Below, one piece after another: positions 45,444 through 53,420 of a DNA stretch of 64,000 bases (positions are counted from its first letter, which is position 1; each line of letters begins with the position of its first letter). The notes beneath the pieces are model-generated. The model was not told the DNA's origin, did not search any database, and saw only the letters and a list, made by a program, of their open reading frames with translations. Location of the stretch: positions 7,955 through 71,954 of the forward strand of contig CALQIY020000001.1 of NCBI GenBank assembly GCA_943330755.2, in the 5' to 3' direction. The stretch is from Opitutus sp. GAS368 (GTDB taxonomy: Bacteria; Verrucomicrobiota; Verrucomicrobiia; Opitutales; UBA953). Both the position numbers and the translations under genes were made by a program.

Positions 45444-46757
45444 GTGGAATTTATAGTGATTTTGGCCTGTTGGGCAACCATCGGATTATTCGAACTCTCC
45501 GAAATGGCGCTGGTGTCGTCCAACCGTCGACGCCTGCAGCGGCTCGCCGAAGATGGCAGCAAAGGGGCCAAGGCGGCCCTCGAACTCCTCGCCAACCCTT
45601 CGAAGTTCCTGTCCACGGTCCAGGTCGGTCTGACGTTTGGCAGCATCATCGCCGCGACCTTCGGCGGAGCCCCGTTGGCGGCCTACCTCCAGCCGTTCCT
45701 CGAAGCGAGCAGTTGGTCGTGGCTGCACGATAACGCGGACGGCCTTTCGCGTCTCAGCGTTTCGTTCGTCATCGGTTCGATGACCATCGTTTGCGCCGAA
45801 ATCGTCCCCAAGCGCCTCGGTCTTTCGGACCCGGAAGGCCTCGCCGTCCTGTTGTCGCGGCCCATGATGGTCATCTCCTTCTTAGCCTCCCCCTTGGTGG
45901 GCACCTTGAGTTTCGCCGCCGACCTGGTGCTCGGGATTTTCGGTCGGCGCCGAGCGCCGGAAGACTCGATGTCCGAAGACGAGCTGCGCATGATGGTCGA
46001 CCAAGGCATGGCCTCCGGCGTCCTGCATGCTTCCGAGCACCGCATGGTGCATGGCGCCTTGGCGATGGACGGAACGACGGCCGAACAACTCATGACGCCG
46101 AGCAACCGCGTCGTTTGGCTCAACCTCACCGACCCCGATGAGGTCAACTGGCGCAAGGTCGTGGCGTCGGGACATACCTGGTTCCCCGTCTTCCAGGATT
46201 CACCCGACAAGCCGCTGGGCGTCGTGTCCGTCAAGCGGTTGTGGGCCAACCTTTCGCTCGTGGGTGCGGCCTCCATCAAGGACGTGCTGACGGAAGCCCC
46301 GACGGTGACCCCGCACAACACGGCCACGCAGCTCTTGGAGAAGTTCCGGAAGGACAAGATCCATATGGCGCTGGTGGTCGATGAATTCGCCCGCGTGCGC
46401 GGGGTCGTGACTTTGAACGACGTCCTGGAATCGGTGGTGGGGGAACTCCCGAACGAAGGCACCCCGGCGGCCCACGCCAAGCCGGTCCGCCGCCGCGAAG
46501 ACGGCAGCTGGCTCGTGGACGCCGTCGTCACCTTGGAAGATTTCCGGGAGCAAACCGGCATCGTCGGGAAATTCCCCGGCGAAGGCACCGGGAGCTTCAC
46601 GACGGTTTCGGGCTTCTTGATGCGCTCGCTGGGGCGCATCCCCAAAGAGGGCGATCGCGTCGAAGCGTTGGGCGTGATCTTCGAGGTCATCGACATGGAC
46701 AACCATCGCCTCGACAAGGTCCTGGTGATGCCGAAGGCCCAGCCGCCAACGGCCTAA
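45444..46757 (+). CDS. hemolysin-family/CNNM transporter protein (DUF21 TM domain, CBS pair, CorC_HlyC)
   Basis: N-terminal 4-TM DUF21 region, a CBS pair and a C-terminal transporter-associated domain. GTG start. Confidence 0.85.
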   Translation: MEFIVILACWATIGLFELSEMALVSSNRRRLQRLAEDGSKGAKAALELLANPSKFLSTVQVGLTFGSIIAATFGGAPLAAYLQPFLEASSWSWLHDNADGLSRLSVSFVIGSMTIVCAEIVPKRLGLSDPEGLAVLLSRPMMVISFLASPLVGTLSFAADLVLGIFGRRRAPEDSMSEDELRMMVDQGMASGVLHASEHRMVHGALAMDGTTAEQLMTPSNRVVWLNLTDPDEVNWRKVVASGHTWFPVFQDSPDKPLGVVSVKRLWANLSLVGAASIKDVLTEAPTVTPHNTATQLLEKFRKDKIHMALVVDEFARVRGVVTLNDVLESVVGELPNEGTPAAHAKPVRRREDGSWLVDAVVTLEDFREQTGIVGKFPGEGTGSFTTVSGFLMRSLGRIPKEGDRVEALGVIFEVIDMDNHRLDKVLVMPKAQPPTA

Positions 46758-46763
46758 GCGCGC

Positions 46764-47522
46764 TTACAGCCGAACGGGCAAGCCGGCCGATCGCAGGTGT
46801 TCTTTGGCCTGTTTCACGGTATAGGTGCCGAAGTGGAAGATGCTGGCCGCCAAGACCGCGCTGGCGCGCCCCTCCTTGAGGACCTGCGCCAAGTGGTCGA
46901 GGTTGCCGGCGCCGCCCGAGGCGATGACGGGCACCTCCACGGCATCCGAAACCGCGCTGTTCAGCGGGACATCGTAACCGGCGGCCGTACCGTCGCGGTC
47001 CATGCTGGTCAGGAGGATTTCGCCCGCGCCCAGACCATGCACTTGGCGAGCCCACGCGATGGCATCCATGCCCGTGGCGTTACGGCCACCATGCGTGAAG
47101 ACCTCCCACTTGCCGGGCGCGACCTGCTTCGCGTCGATGGCGACGACGATGCACTGGCTGCCGAATTTGCGGGCGGCCTCCAACACGAGGTTGGGATCCT
47201 TCACCGCCGAGGTGTTCAGCGAGACTTTATCCGCCCCCGCGTTGAGCATCGTGCGAATATCCGCAACCGAACGCAGGCCGCCCCCGACGGTCAAAGGCAT
47301 GAAGACCTGATCGGCGGTACGCTCGACGACGTCGACCATCGTCTTCCGCTCATCGCTCGAAGCGGTGATATCCAAGAAGACGAGTTCATCCGCCCCCTGC
47401 TTCTCGTACGCTGCGGCCACCGCGACGGGGTCGCCCGCATCGCGCAGTTCCTCGAACTTGACGCCCTTGACCACGCGGCCGCCATGGACATCGAGGCAGG
47501 GGATGATGCGGACGGAAAGCAT
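46764..47522 (-). CDS. hisF: imidazole glycerol phosphate synthase, cyclase subunit
   Basis: [16 protein letters not shown] and the full HisF barrel; 252 aa. Confidence 0.95.
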   Translation of the reverse strand: MLSVRIIPCLDVHGGRVVKGVKFEELRDAGDPVAVAAAYEKQGADELVFLDITASSDERKTMVDVVERTADQVFMPLTVGGGLRSVADIRTMLNAGADKVSLNTSAVKDPNLVLEAARKFGSQCIVVAIDAKQVAPGKWEVFTHGGRNATGMDAIAWARQVHGLGAGEILLTSMDRDGTAAGYDVPLNSAVSDAVEVPVIASGGAGNLDHLAQVLKEGRASAVLAASIFHFGTYTVKQAKEHLRSAGLPVRL

Positions 47523-47555
47523 GGCGTAGTCTAGAGGGGTAGGAAATCGGCAGGT

Positions 47556-47993
47556 TTAGTAAAGCACTACCGTGACCGGGCCATCGTTCACGAGCGAAAC
47601 CCGCATGTCCGCCCCAAAGACACCCGTGGGAACGGTTTGTCCGAGTTCCGCGCTGAGCTGCTGAACGAAGAAATCGAAGAGGGGCTTGGCGACATCCGGC
47701 TTGGCCGCCTTGTTGAACGAAGGGCGATTCCCTTTGGAGAAATCCGCCAACAAGGTGAATTGGCTCACGGCCAAGACAGCGCCGGCGGCATCCTTGATCG
47801 ATAAACCCAGTTTGCCTTCGGCGTCCTCCATCAACCGCACCTTGGTGACTTCGCCGACCAACCTGCGGGCGTCGGCGGGGGTGTCGTCCTTGCCGATGCC
47901 TACGAGCAGAAGGTACCCGCGGCCGATCTGCGCGACCGTGGCGTCCGTGACCGCGACGGAGGCGCTCAAGACGCGCTGCACCACCACGACCAT
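47556..47993 (-). CDS. dtd: D-aminoacyl-tRNA deacylase
   Basis: VVVVQRV.., SQFTLLADFSKGNRPSF and NDGPVT; 145 aa. Confidence 0.93.
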   Translation of the reverse strand: MVVVVQRVLSASVAVTDATVAQIGRGYLLLVGIGKDDTPADARRLVGEVTKVRLMEDAEGKLGLSIKDAAGAVLAVSQFTLLADFSKGNRPSFNKAAKPDVAKPLFDFFVQQLSAELGQTVPTGVFGADMRVSLVNDGPVTVVLY

Positions 47994-47994
47994 G

Positions 47995-49335
47995 TCAGGT
48001 CAAGGCCTCCAGGATGGTCCGAAGCTTCATCTCGGTCTCGGCCGATTCCGACGCGGGATCGGAGCCCTCGACGATACCCGCGCCGGCGAAGGCCCGGGCG
48101 ACGTTGCCTTTCAGGCGGGCACAACGGAGCGCCACAAAGAGCTTTCCGGTCAGGCCATCGGCCCCGACCCAGCCGACGGCACCGGTGTAGAGACCCCGAT
48201 TATGCGGTTCGAATCCCGGAATGAAGGGGAGGGCGAGATCGCGCGGCTTGCCGCCGACCGCGGGCGTGGGATGCAGCTCACCGGCGACTTCGAGGAAACG
48301 GCGGTCCGCCGGCATCGTACCGACGATGGGCGTGCGCAGGTGCATGACATTGCCCAGTCGGAGCAACTCAGCGCCTCGCGAGGTCGCGGCCAGCACGCCG
48401 ACCATGCGCAAACGGCGGAGGATCGAAGCGGTGACCGCGCCATGCTCGCGTTGATCCTTGTCGCTGGCGAGCAAGGCTTCGGCGAGACTGGCGTCTTCGG
48501 AAGCGGATTCGCCGCGGCGAGTGGTGCCGGCGACCGCCTCCGAGCGGACTTCCCCGTCGAACAGGGAGAGGAGCGTCTCGGGAGTAGCCCCGACCAAAGC
48601 CCCTTCGGGTTCGTCCACCAGGTAGGCATGGCAAGGCGGGTTCGCGCGGCGCAGACGGTGGAGCGTGGCGTAAGCGTTGAACGGTTCGGCCCGACGCCAA
48701 TCAAAGGCGCGCGTGAGGACGACCTTTTCGAAGGAACCTTCCTTGATGAGCTCGGTCGCCCGCTGGACGGCCTGCGGAAACCAATTCCCGCCGACCTCAC
48801 TGAGGACGGTCGGCACCGGCGCACGCACGGCCGCCGTCGAGGGACGATAGTTGAACCGGCGGAACTGTTCGGCGCGGATGGCCAAGCGGGCGGCGCAACC
48901 TGGGGTCGCCTTATCCGCCAAGGTCACGGTCGTGACACCATCTTCAGTGACCACCTGCCAGGCCGGCAGAAACATCCGAGACTTTTGGGCTTCGGCGTGA
49001 TCACCAGGGTAGAAAGGGAACGTCGCAATCACGCGCGGGACTCCCCCGATGCACGTCATGGTGGCATACAAATCCCGCAACCAGCGGTCCGCTTGATGGA
49101 AGCGTTGCGGCCCCGCCCCCAGCCATTCGGCGATGGGGCTTGCGGCGGCATGCGCCCGTCGACGCGAGGGGTTCTCGAAATAGCCCCGCGGGGCCGGCTC
49201 ATCGAGCGACTCGAGCACCGCAAGCGGATCGAGTTCCGGCACCTTGAACGTGCAACAAAGGTAACCTTCCCCTTGCCGCGCCTGCTCGGCAGCGCTCAAG
49301 GCGACCAAGAGGTCCTCTGCGGTGAGGCTAGGCAT
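47995..49335 (-). CDS. menF: isochorismate synthase
   Basis: Chorismate-binding domain with LHPTPAVGG (diagnostic for isochorismate synthases) and GLYTGAVGW. Confidence 0.85.
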   Translation of the reverse strand: MPSLTAEDLLVALSAAEQARQGEGYLCCTFKVPELDPLAVLESLDEPAPRGYFENPSRRRAHAAASPIAEWLGAGPQRFHQADRWLRDLYATMTCIGGVPRVIATFPFYPGDHAEAQKSRMFLPAWQVVTEDGVTTVTLADKATPGCAARLAIRAEQFRRFNYRPSTAAVRAPVPTVLSEVGGNWFPQAVQRATELIKEGSFEKVVLTRAFDWRRAEPFNAYATLHRLRRANPPCHAYLVDEPEGALVGATPETLLSLFDGEVRSEAVAGTTRRGESASEDASLAEALLASDKDQREHGAVTASILRRLRMVGVLAATSRGAELLRLGNVMHLRTPIVGTMPADRRFLEVAGELHPTPAVGGKPRDLALPFIPGFEPHNRGLYTGAVGWVGADGLTGKLFVALRCARLKGNVARAFAGAGIVEGSDPASESAETEMKLRTILEALT

Positions 49336-49341
49336 GGGTGG

Positions 49342-50883
49342 TTAGGCCTTCGCCGGGGCTTCCGGCTCCTCCAGCGGAGGGAACAAGATGCACTTTTCGG
49401 CGACCTTGGCGCCCGTGCAGACCGTCGACCATGCATGCACGGAAGCAAAACTCGTCGCCACCGGCAGGCCGATGTTGATGAGCAGCTGCTCGCAGGTCTT
49501 GGGCATGACCGGCGTCAGGACGGTGGCCGTCAACCGGAGGCCTTCGGCGACGTGGGCCAAGCAAGAATCCAAGCGCGCCCGATCGGCCGTCTCCGCCGAC
49601 TTGGCGAGCTTCCAGGGGGCACGGGCCTCGATGTAAGCGTTCATCGCGCTCACGAACACCCAGAGGGCTTCCAAGGCGTGGCTGATTTGGGCTTCGGCGA
49701 AATGCGCGAAGAACTTTCGTTCGGTCTCCGTCCAGAGTTTCCGCAGGTTCTGTTCCAGTTCCTCGTCGGCGCCCGGGGCCGGCACCGTACCCGCGTAGTT
49801 CCGTCCGACCATGTTGAGCAAACGGTTCACGAGGTTGCCGAGGTTGTGGCCGAGGTCCGCCTTGTAGCGCTGCGCGAAGTTGGGGGAGGAGAAATCCGCA
49901 TCTTCACCGACGACCATTTCGCGGCAGAGATAATAGCGGAACGCATCCGTGCCGAACTTCTGGGCGAAGCTCAGGCTATCGGTGGCGTTGCCGTCGCTCT
50001 TCGAAGCCTTCGAGCCGTTCAGCGTCCACCAGCCGTGCACGAGCAGTTGCTTGGGCGGCGCGATGTCGAGGGCCTTGAGCATGCAGGGCCAATACACCGC
50101 ATGGGGCGGCGAAAGGATGTCCTTGCCGATGACGTGCATGTCGGCCGGCCAGCGGCCCTTATCGACCACGGCGGAGTAGTAGTTCGTGAGCGCATCAAAC
50201 CACACATACGTGACGAATTCGCGGTCGAACGGGAGTTCGATGCCCCAGGTGAGACGGGCCTTCGGACGGGAGATGCAAAGGTCGTTCATCGGCTCCTTCA
50301 GGAACTCGAGCACCTGCTTGCGGCGATGCGCGGGATTGATGAAGTCGGGGTTATCCTTGAGGTGCTCGATCAGCCAAGGCTGGAACTGCGAGAGCTTGAA
50401 GTAATAATTCTCCTCGGTCGTCTGGGTCACTTCACCGTAGATCGACGGCCAATTCCCCTCGGCGTCCCGGTCCTTGTCGCTCAGGAACTGCTCTTGCCGG
50501 ACGGAGTACCAGCCGGACTTGGTCGCCTTGAAGATCAGGCCTTTATCGAAGAGCTTCTGCAGGAAAGCCTGCACGACCACCTTGTGGCGCGGCTCGGTGG
50601 TCCGGATATAGTCATCGTTCGAGATGTTCAGCAGGCCGAGCATCTGTTGGAAAACCGCGGCCACTTCGTCGACCAAGACCTGGGGCTCGATCTGGCGCTT
50701 CTGGGCGGTCTGTTGGACCTTTTGCCCATGTTCATCGAGGCCGGTCAGGAAGTAGACATCGTCACCCAGCATGCGGTGGTGCCGCGCCAAGACGTCCGCG
50801 AGGACCTTTTCATAGGCATGACCGAGGTGAGGGGCGCCATTCGCATAATCGATGGCGGTGGTGATGTAGAACGGACGCGACAT
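49342..50883 (-). CDS. metG: methionine--tRNA ligase (short form)
   Basis: FYITTAIDYANGAPHLGHAYE (HLGH) and a KMSKS-variant SKASKS; 513 aa. Confidence 0.95.
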   Translation of the reverse strand: MSRPFYITTAIDYANGAPHLGHAYEKVLADVLARHHRMLGDDVYFLTGLDEHGQKVQQTAQKRQIEPQVLVDEVAAVFQQMLGLLNISNDDYIRTTEPRHKVVVQAFLQKLFDKGLIFKATKSGWYSVRQEQFLSDKDRDAEGNWPSIYGEVTQTTEENYYFKLSQFQPWLIEHLKDNPDFINPAHRRKQVLEFLKEPMNDLCISRPKARLTWGIELPFDREFVTYVWFDALTNYYSAVVDKGRWPADMHVIGKDILSPPHAVYWPCMLKALDIAPPKQLLVHGWWTLNGSKASKSDGNATDSLSFAQKFGTDAFRYYLCREMVVGEDADFSSPNFAQRYKADLGHNLGNLVNRLLNMVGRNYAGTVPAPGADEELEQNLRKLWTETERKFFAHFAEAQISHALEALWVFVSAMNAYIEARAPWKLAKSAETADRARLDSCLAHVAEGLRLTATVLTPVMPKTCEQLLINIGLPVATSFASVHAWSTVCTGAKVAEKCILFPPLEEPEAPAKA

Positions 50884-50950
50884 TGCTGAGGCTCTCAGCC
50901 TAGGGAACAGCCCCCCCTCAGGACAACCCTGAAGGGACGGGGACTAGGCA

Positions 50951-50979
50951 CAAAAAAGGCCTCGGGTAAGCCCGAAGCC
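50951..50979 (-). terminator. intrinsic terminator after the orphan 592-aa gene
   Basis: The minus strand reads GGCTTCGGG-CTTA-CCCGAGGCC (9-bp stem with one G-U pair) followed by TTTTTTG. It lies 23 nt after the stop at 51002. Confidence 0.7.
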
Positions 50980-51001
50980 TCCATCGCGAACGACCGCCGG
51001 A

Positions 51002-52780
51002 TCAGCCGCCGGCACGGACGACGTCCGGCTGGAAGGCGATCTCGAAGGCGTACGGCGTACCGACCCGCAGGGCCAGCGGCTTATTGCGCTCGAGGACCTG
51101 GTAGAAATGCATCTTGCCCCAGCAGGTGCGGTGCTTGGGGTCTTCGCTGACCACCTTGGTCTCCAACCATTCGCCGTGGAAGTCGTCCTTGAGGACTTCG
51201 CAGCGATGCGATTCGGGACCGAGGATCAGGGCGTTGCCGGGGGTCATGCGCGAATGCGTGGCGGCAATCGGGAGCACCAAGCGGAAGTTCTCGAGCGTCA
51301 CCGCGGCCTTGGGGATGAGCGTGAAGCGGCCGACGATGCGGCCACCGTTCAATTCCCAATCCACCTTGAGACTGGCGACGCCAGCGGAAAGCTTCTCGTC
51401 TTTGTCGATGAGGTCGGGTTGTTCGTAGCGGAAGTGGTAGGTGCCGGCCTTGGTCCCCATGGCCACCTGCAGGTTCTTGCCGTAGAAAGAGGGCGTGTAG
51501 ACGCGGTCGCCGATCGTGTATTCCGGAATGAATGGGGACGTGTACAGGTTGGCCGGCCAATCCATCACGCCCGGCATGTGCGGAAACGCCAGCGAGTCGG
51601 AGAACTTGTGCGAGCCATTCGACAACACGGGCAGGACGATGTGCAGGCCGGAAGTCGGGTCGGAATAGGAGAGGAGACCCTGTTCCTTGCGCGGGGTCTT
51701 GTCCAAGGAGTACAGGCGGCAGACGGCCTGCTTGGAGGCTGGGCGGAACACGTCCATGGTGCCGCCCACGGTCTTGGCGAGACGCGACCACTGGGACAGG
51801 TAGCGCGCGGCATCGAAATTCGCCATGCGCGTGGTATGGCCAGGGATGGTGTCGCGTTCGCCATCGCGGATCACGATCAGGCCGTGTTCGGCGTCGAAGA
51901 ACGTCGTGAAGAAATGGGCGTAGAGGCGACGGACCAAGTCACGGGCGAGCGGCTCCTTGTCGACCGCGATCCAGCGATCACGGAGAGCCTGCAGCAAGAG
52001 GGTGATGCAGTGCATCTGGCCATAGGAGCCGATGCCGCGACCGAAGGACCAACCGAGTCCATCCTCGCGGACCGTCTCGAGGATGACGCGCAGGTACTTC
52101 TCCGCATGCGTGCGAAGCTTGGGCAGCTTGGAGTCACGCAGCTGGATGTTCGCGTGCAGCTGCAGCGCCTGGCGGATGAAGATCAGGGCGACCACGCCAT
52201 AAAGGTCGAAGGCACCGCCAAAGTTATCCGGGTTGGACTGACGCGACGCGTCATCGTGGAAACCGCCCGTGGAGGCCGCGGTGATGCGGTCGACGAAGCG
52301 GTCCACCAAGGCGCCGGTTTCGTCCTTCTTGGTCAGGCCAAACGAGAAACGGCAAACGGCCTTGGCGATGTCGAAGGCTTGGACGTGGTCGTGGTGGTCG
52401 CCCGTGACCGCGAGGCGTTCGTCGATCAGGTTGCGGGTCGCTTCATCCAGGATTTCCCAGACGGGGTTGCGCTCGCGGGTTGGACCAAAGGCCAGCAAGC
52501 CGAGGCAGGCGAACGCCATCCCGTTGTCGGAGCCTTGGGAGAGGCGGACCTGGGCGGTGATGGTACGGGCAACGATCTCAGGGATGTTGTTTCGGTCCAA
52601 GGTGAGTTCACCGGTCGCCCGGTAATACTCGCCAAAGGCCAAGGCGGCGTGGCCCGGCTCATCGGCGCGGGAAACTTCGCCGGGGACGGGAGTGACCGAC
52701 CCATCGGCGGAGATGGAACCTAAATTGAGTTTGAGGAGGGCCTTGGTCTGGTCCAGGCACTGGCTCGCGAAATTCTGCAT
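51002..52780 (-). CDS. hypothetical protein (592 aa, soluble, no family recognised)
   Basis: Long ORF with normal amino-acid composition and no signal peptide or TM segment by eye. Bracketed by its own terminator and an AT-rich upstream region. ATG 52780 is preferred over GTG 52825. Confidence 0.6.
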   Translation of the reverse strand: MQNFASQCLDQTKALLKLNLGSISADGSVTPVPGEVSRADEPGHAALAFGEYYRATGELTLDRNNIPEIVARTITAQVRLSQGSDNGMAFACLGLLAFGPTRERNPVWEILDEATRNLIDERLAVTGDHHDHVQAFDIAKAVCRFSFGLTKKDETGALVDRFVDRITAASTGGFHDDASRQSNPDNFGGAFDLYGVVALIFIRQALQLHANIQLRDSKLPKLRTHAEKYLRVILETVREDGLGWSFGRGIGSYGQMHCITLLLQALRDRWIAVDKEPLARDLVRRLYAHFFTTFFDAEHGLIVIRDGERDTIPGHTTRMANFDAARYLSQWSRLAKTVGGTMDVFRPASKQAVCRLYSLDKTPRKEQGLLSYSDPTSGLHIVLPVLSNGSHKFSDSLAFPHMPGVMDWPANLYTSPFIPEYTIGDRVYTPSFYGKNLQVAMGTKAGTYHFRYEQPDLIDKDEKLSAGVASLKVDWELNGGRIVGRFTLIPKAAVTLENFRLVLPIAATHSRMTPGNALILGPESHRCEVLKDDFHGEWLETKVVSEDPKHRTCWGKMHFYQVLERNKPLALRVGTPYAFEIAFQPDVVRAGG

Positions 52781-52825
52781 GCGAAGGGTTTGGATTGAGG
52801 CAGGACACCCCCCTGTCAATGCCAC

Positions 52826-52866
52826 ATCGTAAAAAAATCGTAATTTTACGATTTTCCTGAGGAAAA
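52826..52866 (-). promoter_or_regulatory. AT-rich palindromic element (candidate operator, weak terminator or attenuator)
   Basis: 11 G/C in 41 nt. ATCGTAA occurs at 52826 and 52837 and is inverted as TTACGAT at 52846. Palindrome AAAATCGTAA-TT-TTACGATTTT (52834-52855) overlaps palindrome TTTTCC-TGA-GGAAAA (52852-52866). A TTGACA hexamer lies on the minus strand at 52819-52814. Confidence 0.35.
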
Positions 52867-52886
52867 AGCCGATTCCAGTCCGAGGC

Positions 52887-53417
52887 TTAGGGCTCGAAGG
52901 CGACCTCGACGGGACAGGCGGCCAGGCGGTCCTGCAGGCGGCGCAACCGGCGGATGGGCCACCAGCGGTAGAGATGGATGTCGATCGGCTTCCAGAGGGC
53001 GACCCAACCGCTGATGATCAACCCTTCCCGCAGCCAGTCGCTCCACATCCCCGTCTCGGGCAGGCAACTGCGGATGGCCAACATCAAGCCCAAGAACACC
53101 AAACCGATCAGGAGCGAGGTGCGGCCTTCGCGCATGAGCTCCTTGACCTCGCGCCGGCTGTTCTGCGCCCGGTACTCGAAGTAGTGCTTCACGGACTCCT
53201 GGACCATGCGAGCCACGGTGTCATCGGCCGACTGCTTCAAGACGATGCGCAAGCGCAGCGCCACTTCCGGACTTTGCTCCCGGGCCCAACTCACGATGAA
53301 CTCTTCGGCGTCGTGATCGAGGTCGCGTTCATGGAACGGCGACGGGTCCATCGTGTTGAAGAGCTGATTGGCGTTGGCCAAGCGCAACTCGATGAGACCG
53401 GGAGGGTGATGAGGCAT
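52887..53417 (-). CDS. hypothetical membrane protein
   Basis: 176 aa. Soluble N-terminal half (DPSPFHERDLDHDAEEFIVSWA), then two hydrophobic segments (SLLIGLVFLGLMLAI, GLIISGWVALW). Confidence 0.55.
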   Translation of the reverse strand: MPHHPPGLIELRLANANQLFNTMDPSPFHERDLDHDAEEFIVSWAREQSPEVALRLRIVLKQSADDTVARMVQESVKHYFEYRAQNSRREVKELMREGRTSLLIGLVFLGLMLAIRSCLPETGMWSDWLREGLIISGWVALWKPIDIHLYRWWPIRRLRRLQDRLAACPVEVAFEP

Positions 53418-53420
53418 GGA

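Noticed and set aside
14307-45649. Long N-terminal extensions in the ORF track: 14307 (mazG), 15280 (DUF45), 17957..18442 (tatA), 19149 (permease), 23836..25014 (aminotransferase), 26534..28804 (ppk1), 32984..33523 (ybaB), 33045 (DUF971), 38818 (hisC), 40694 (hypothetical), 41808 (lipoprotein), 42846..43865 (panE), 43754..45649 (nadB).
   Set aside because: The extensions overlap neighbouring genes or their antisense strands, have artefact-like composition, and precede internal ATGs that reproduce the conserved family N-termini. They are not evidence for fusions or novel domains.
48206-48216. GGTTCGAATCC, a perfect tRNA T-loop-like motif.
   Set aside because: It lies inside menF, where it encodes the conserved ..GFEPHNRGLY.. 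motif on the minus strand. The flanks cannot form a T-stem or acceptor stem. I saw no tRNA in the window.
47686-50889. 1067-aa plus-strand ORF, the longest in the track.
   Set aside because: It runs antisense across three independent, highly conserved minus-strand genes (dtd, menF, metG) and their spacers. Its composition is R/G/A/D/H-rich and low-complexity, with no recognisable domains. This is the classic stop-poor antisense frame of GC-rich coding DNA.
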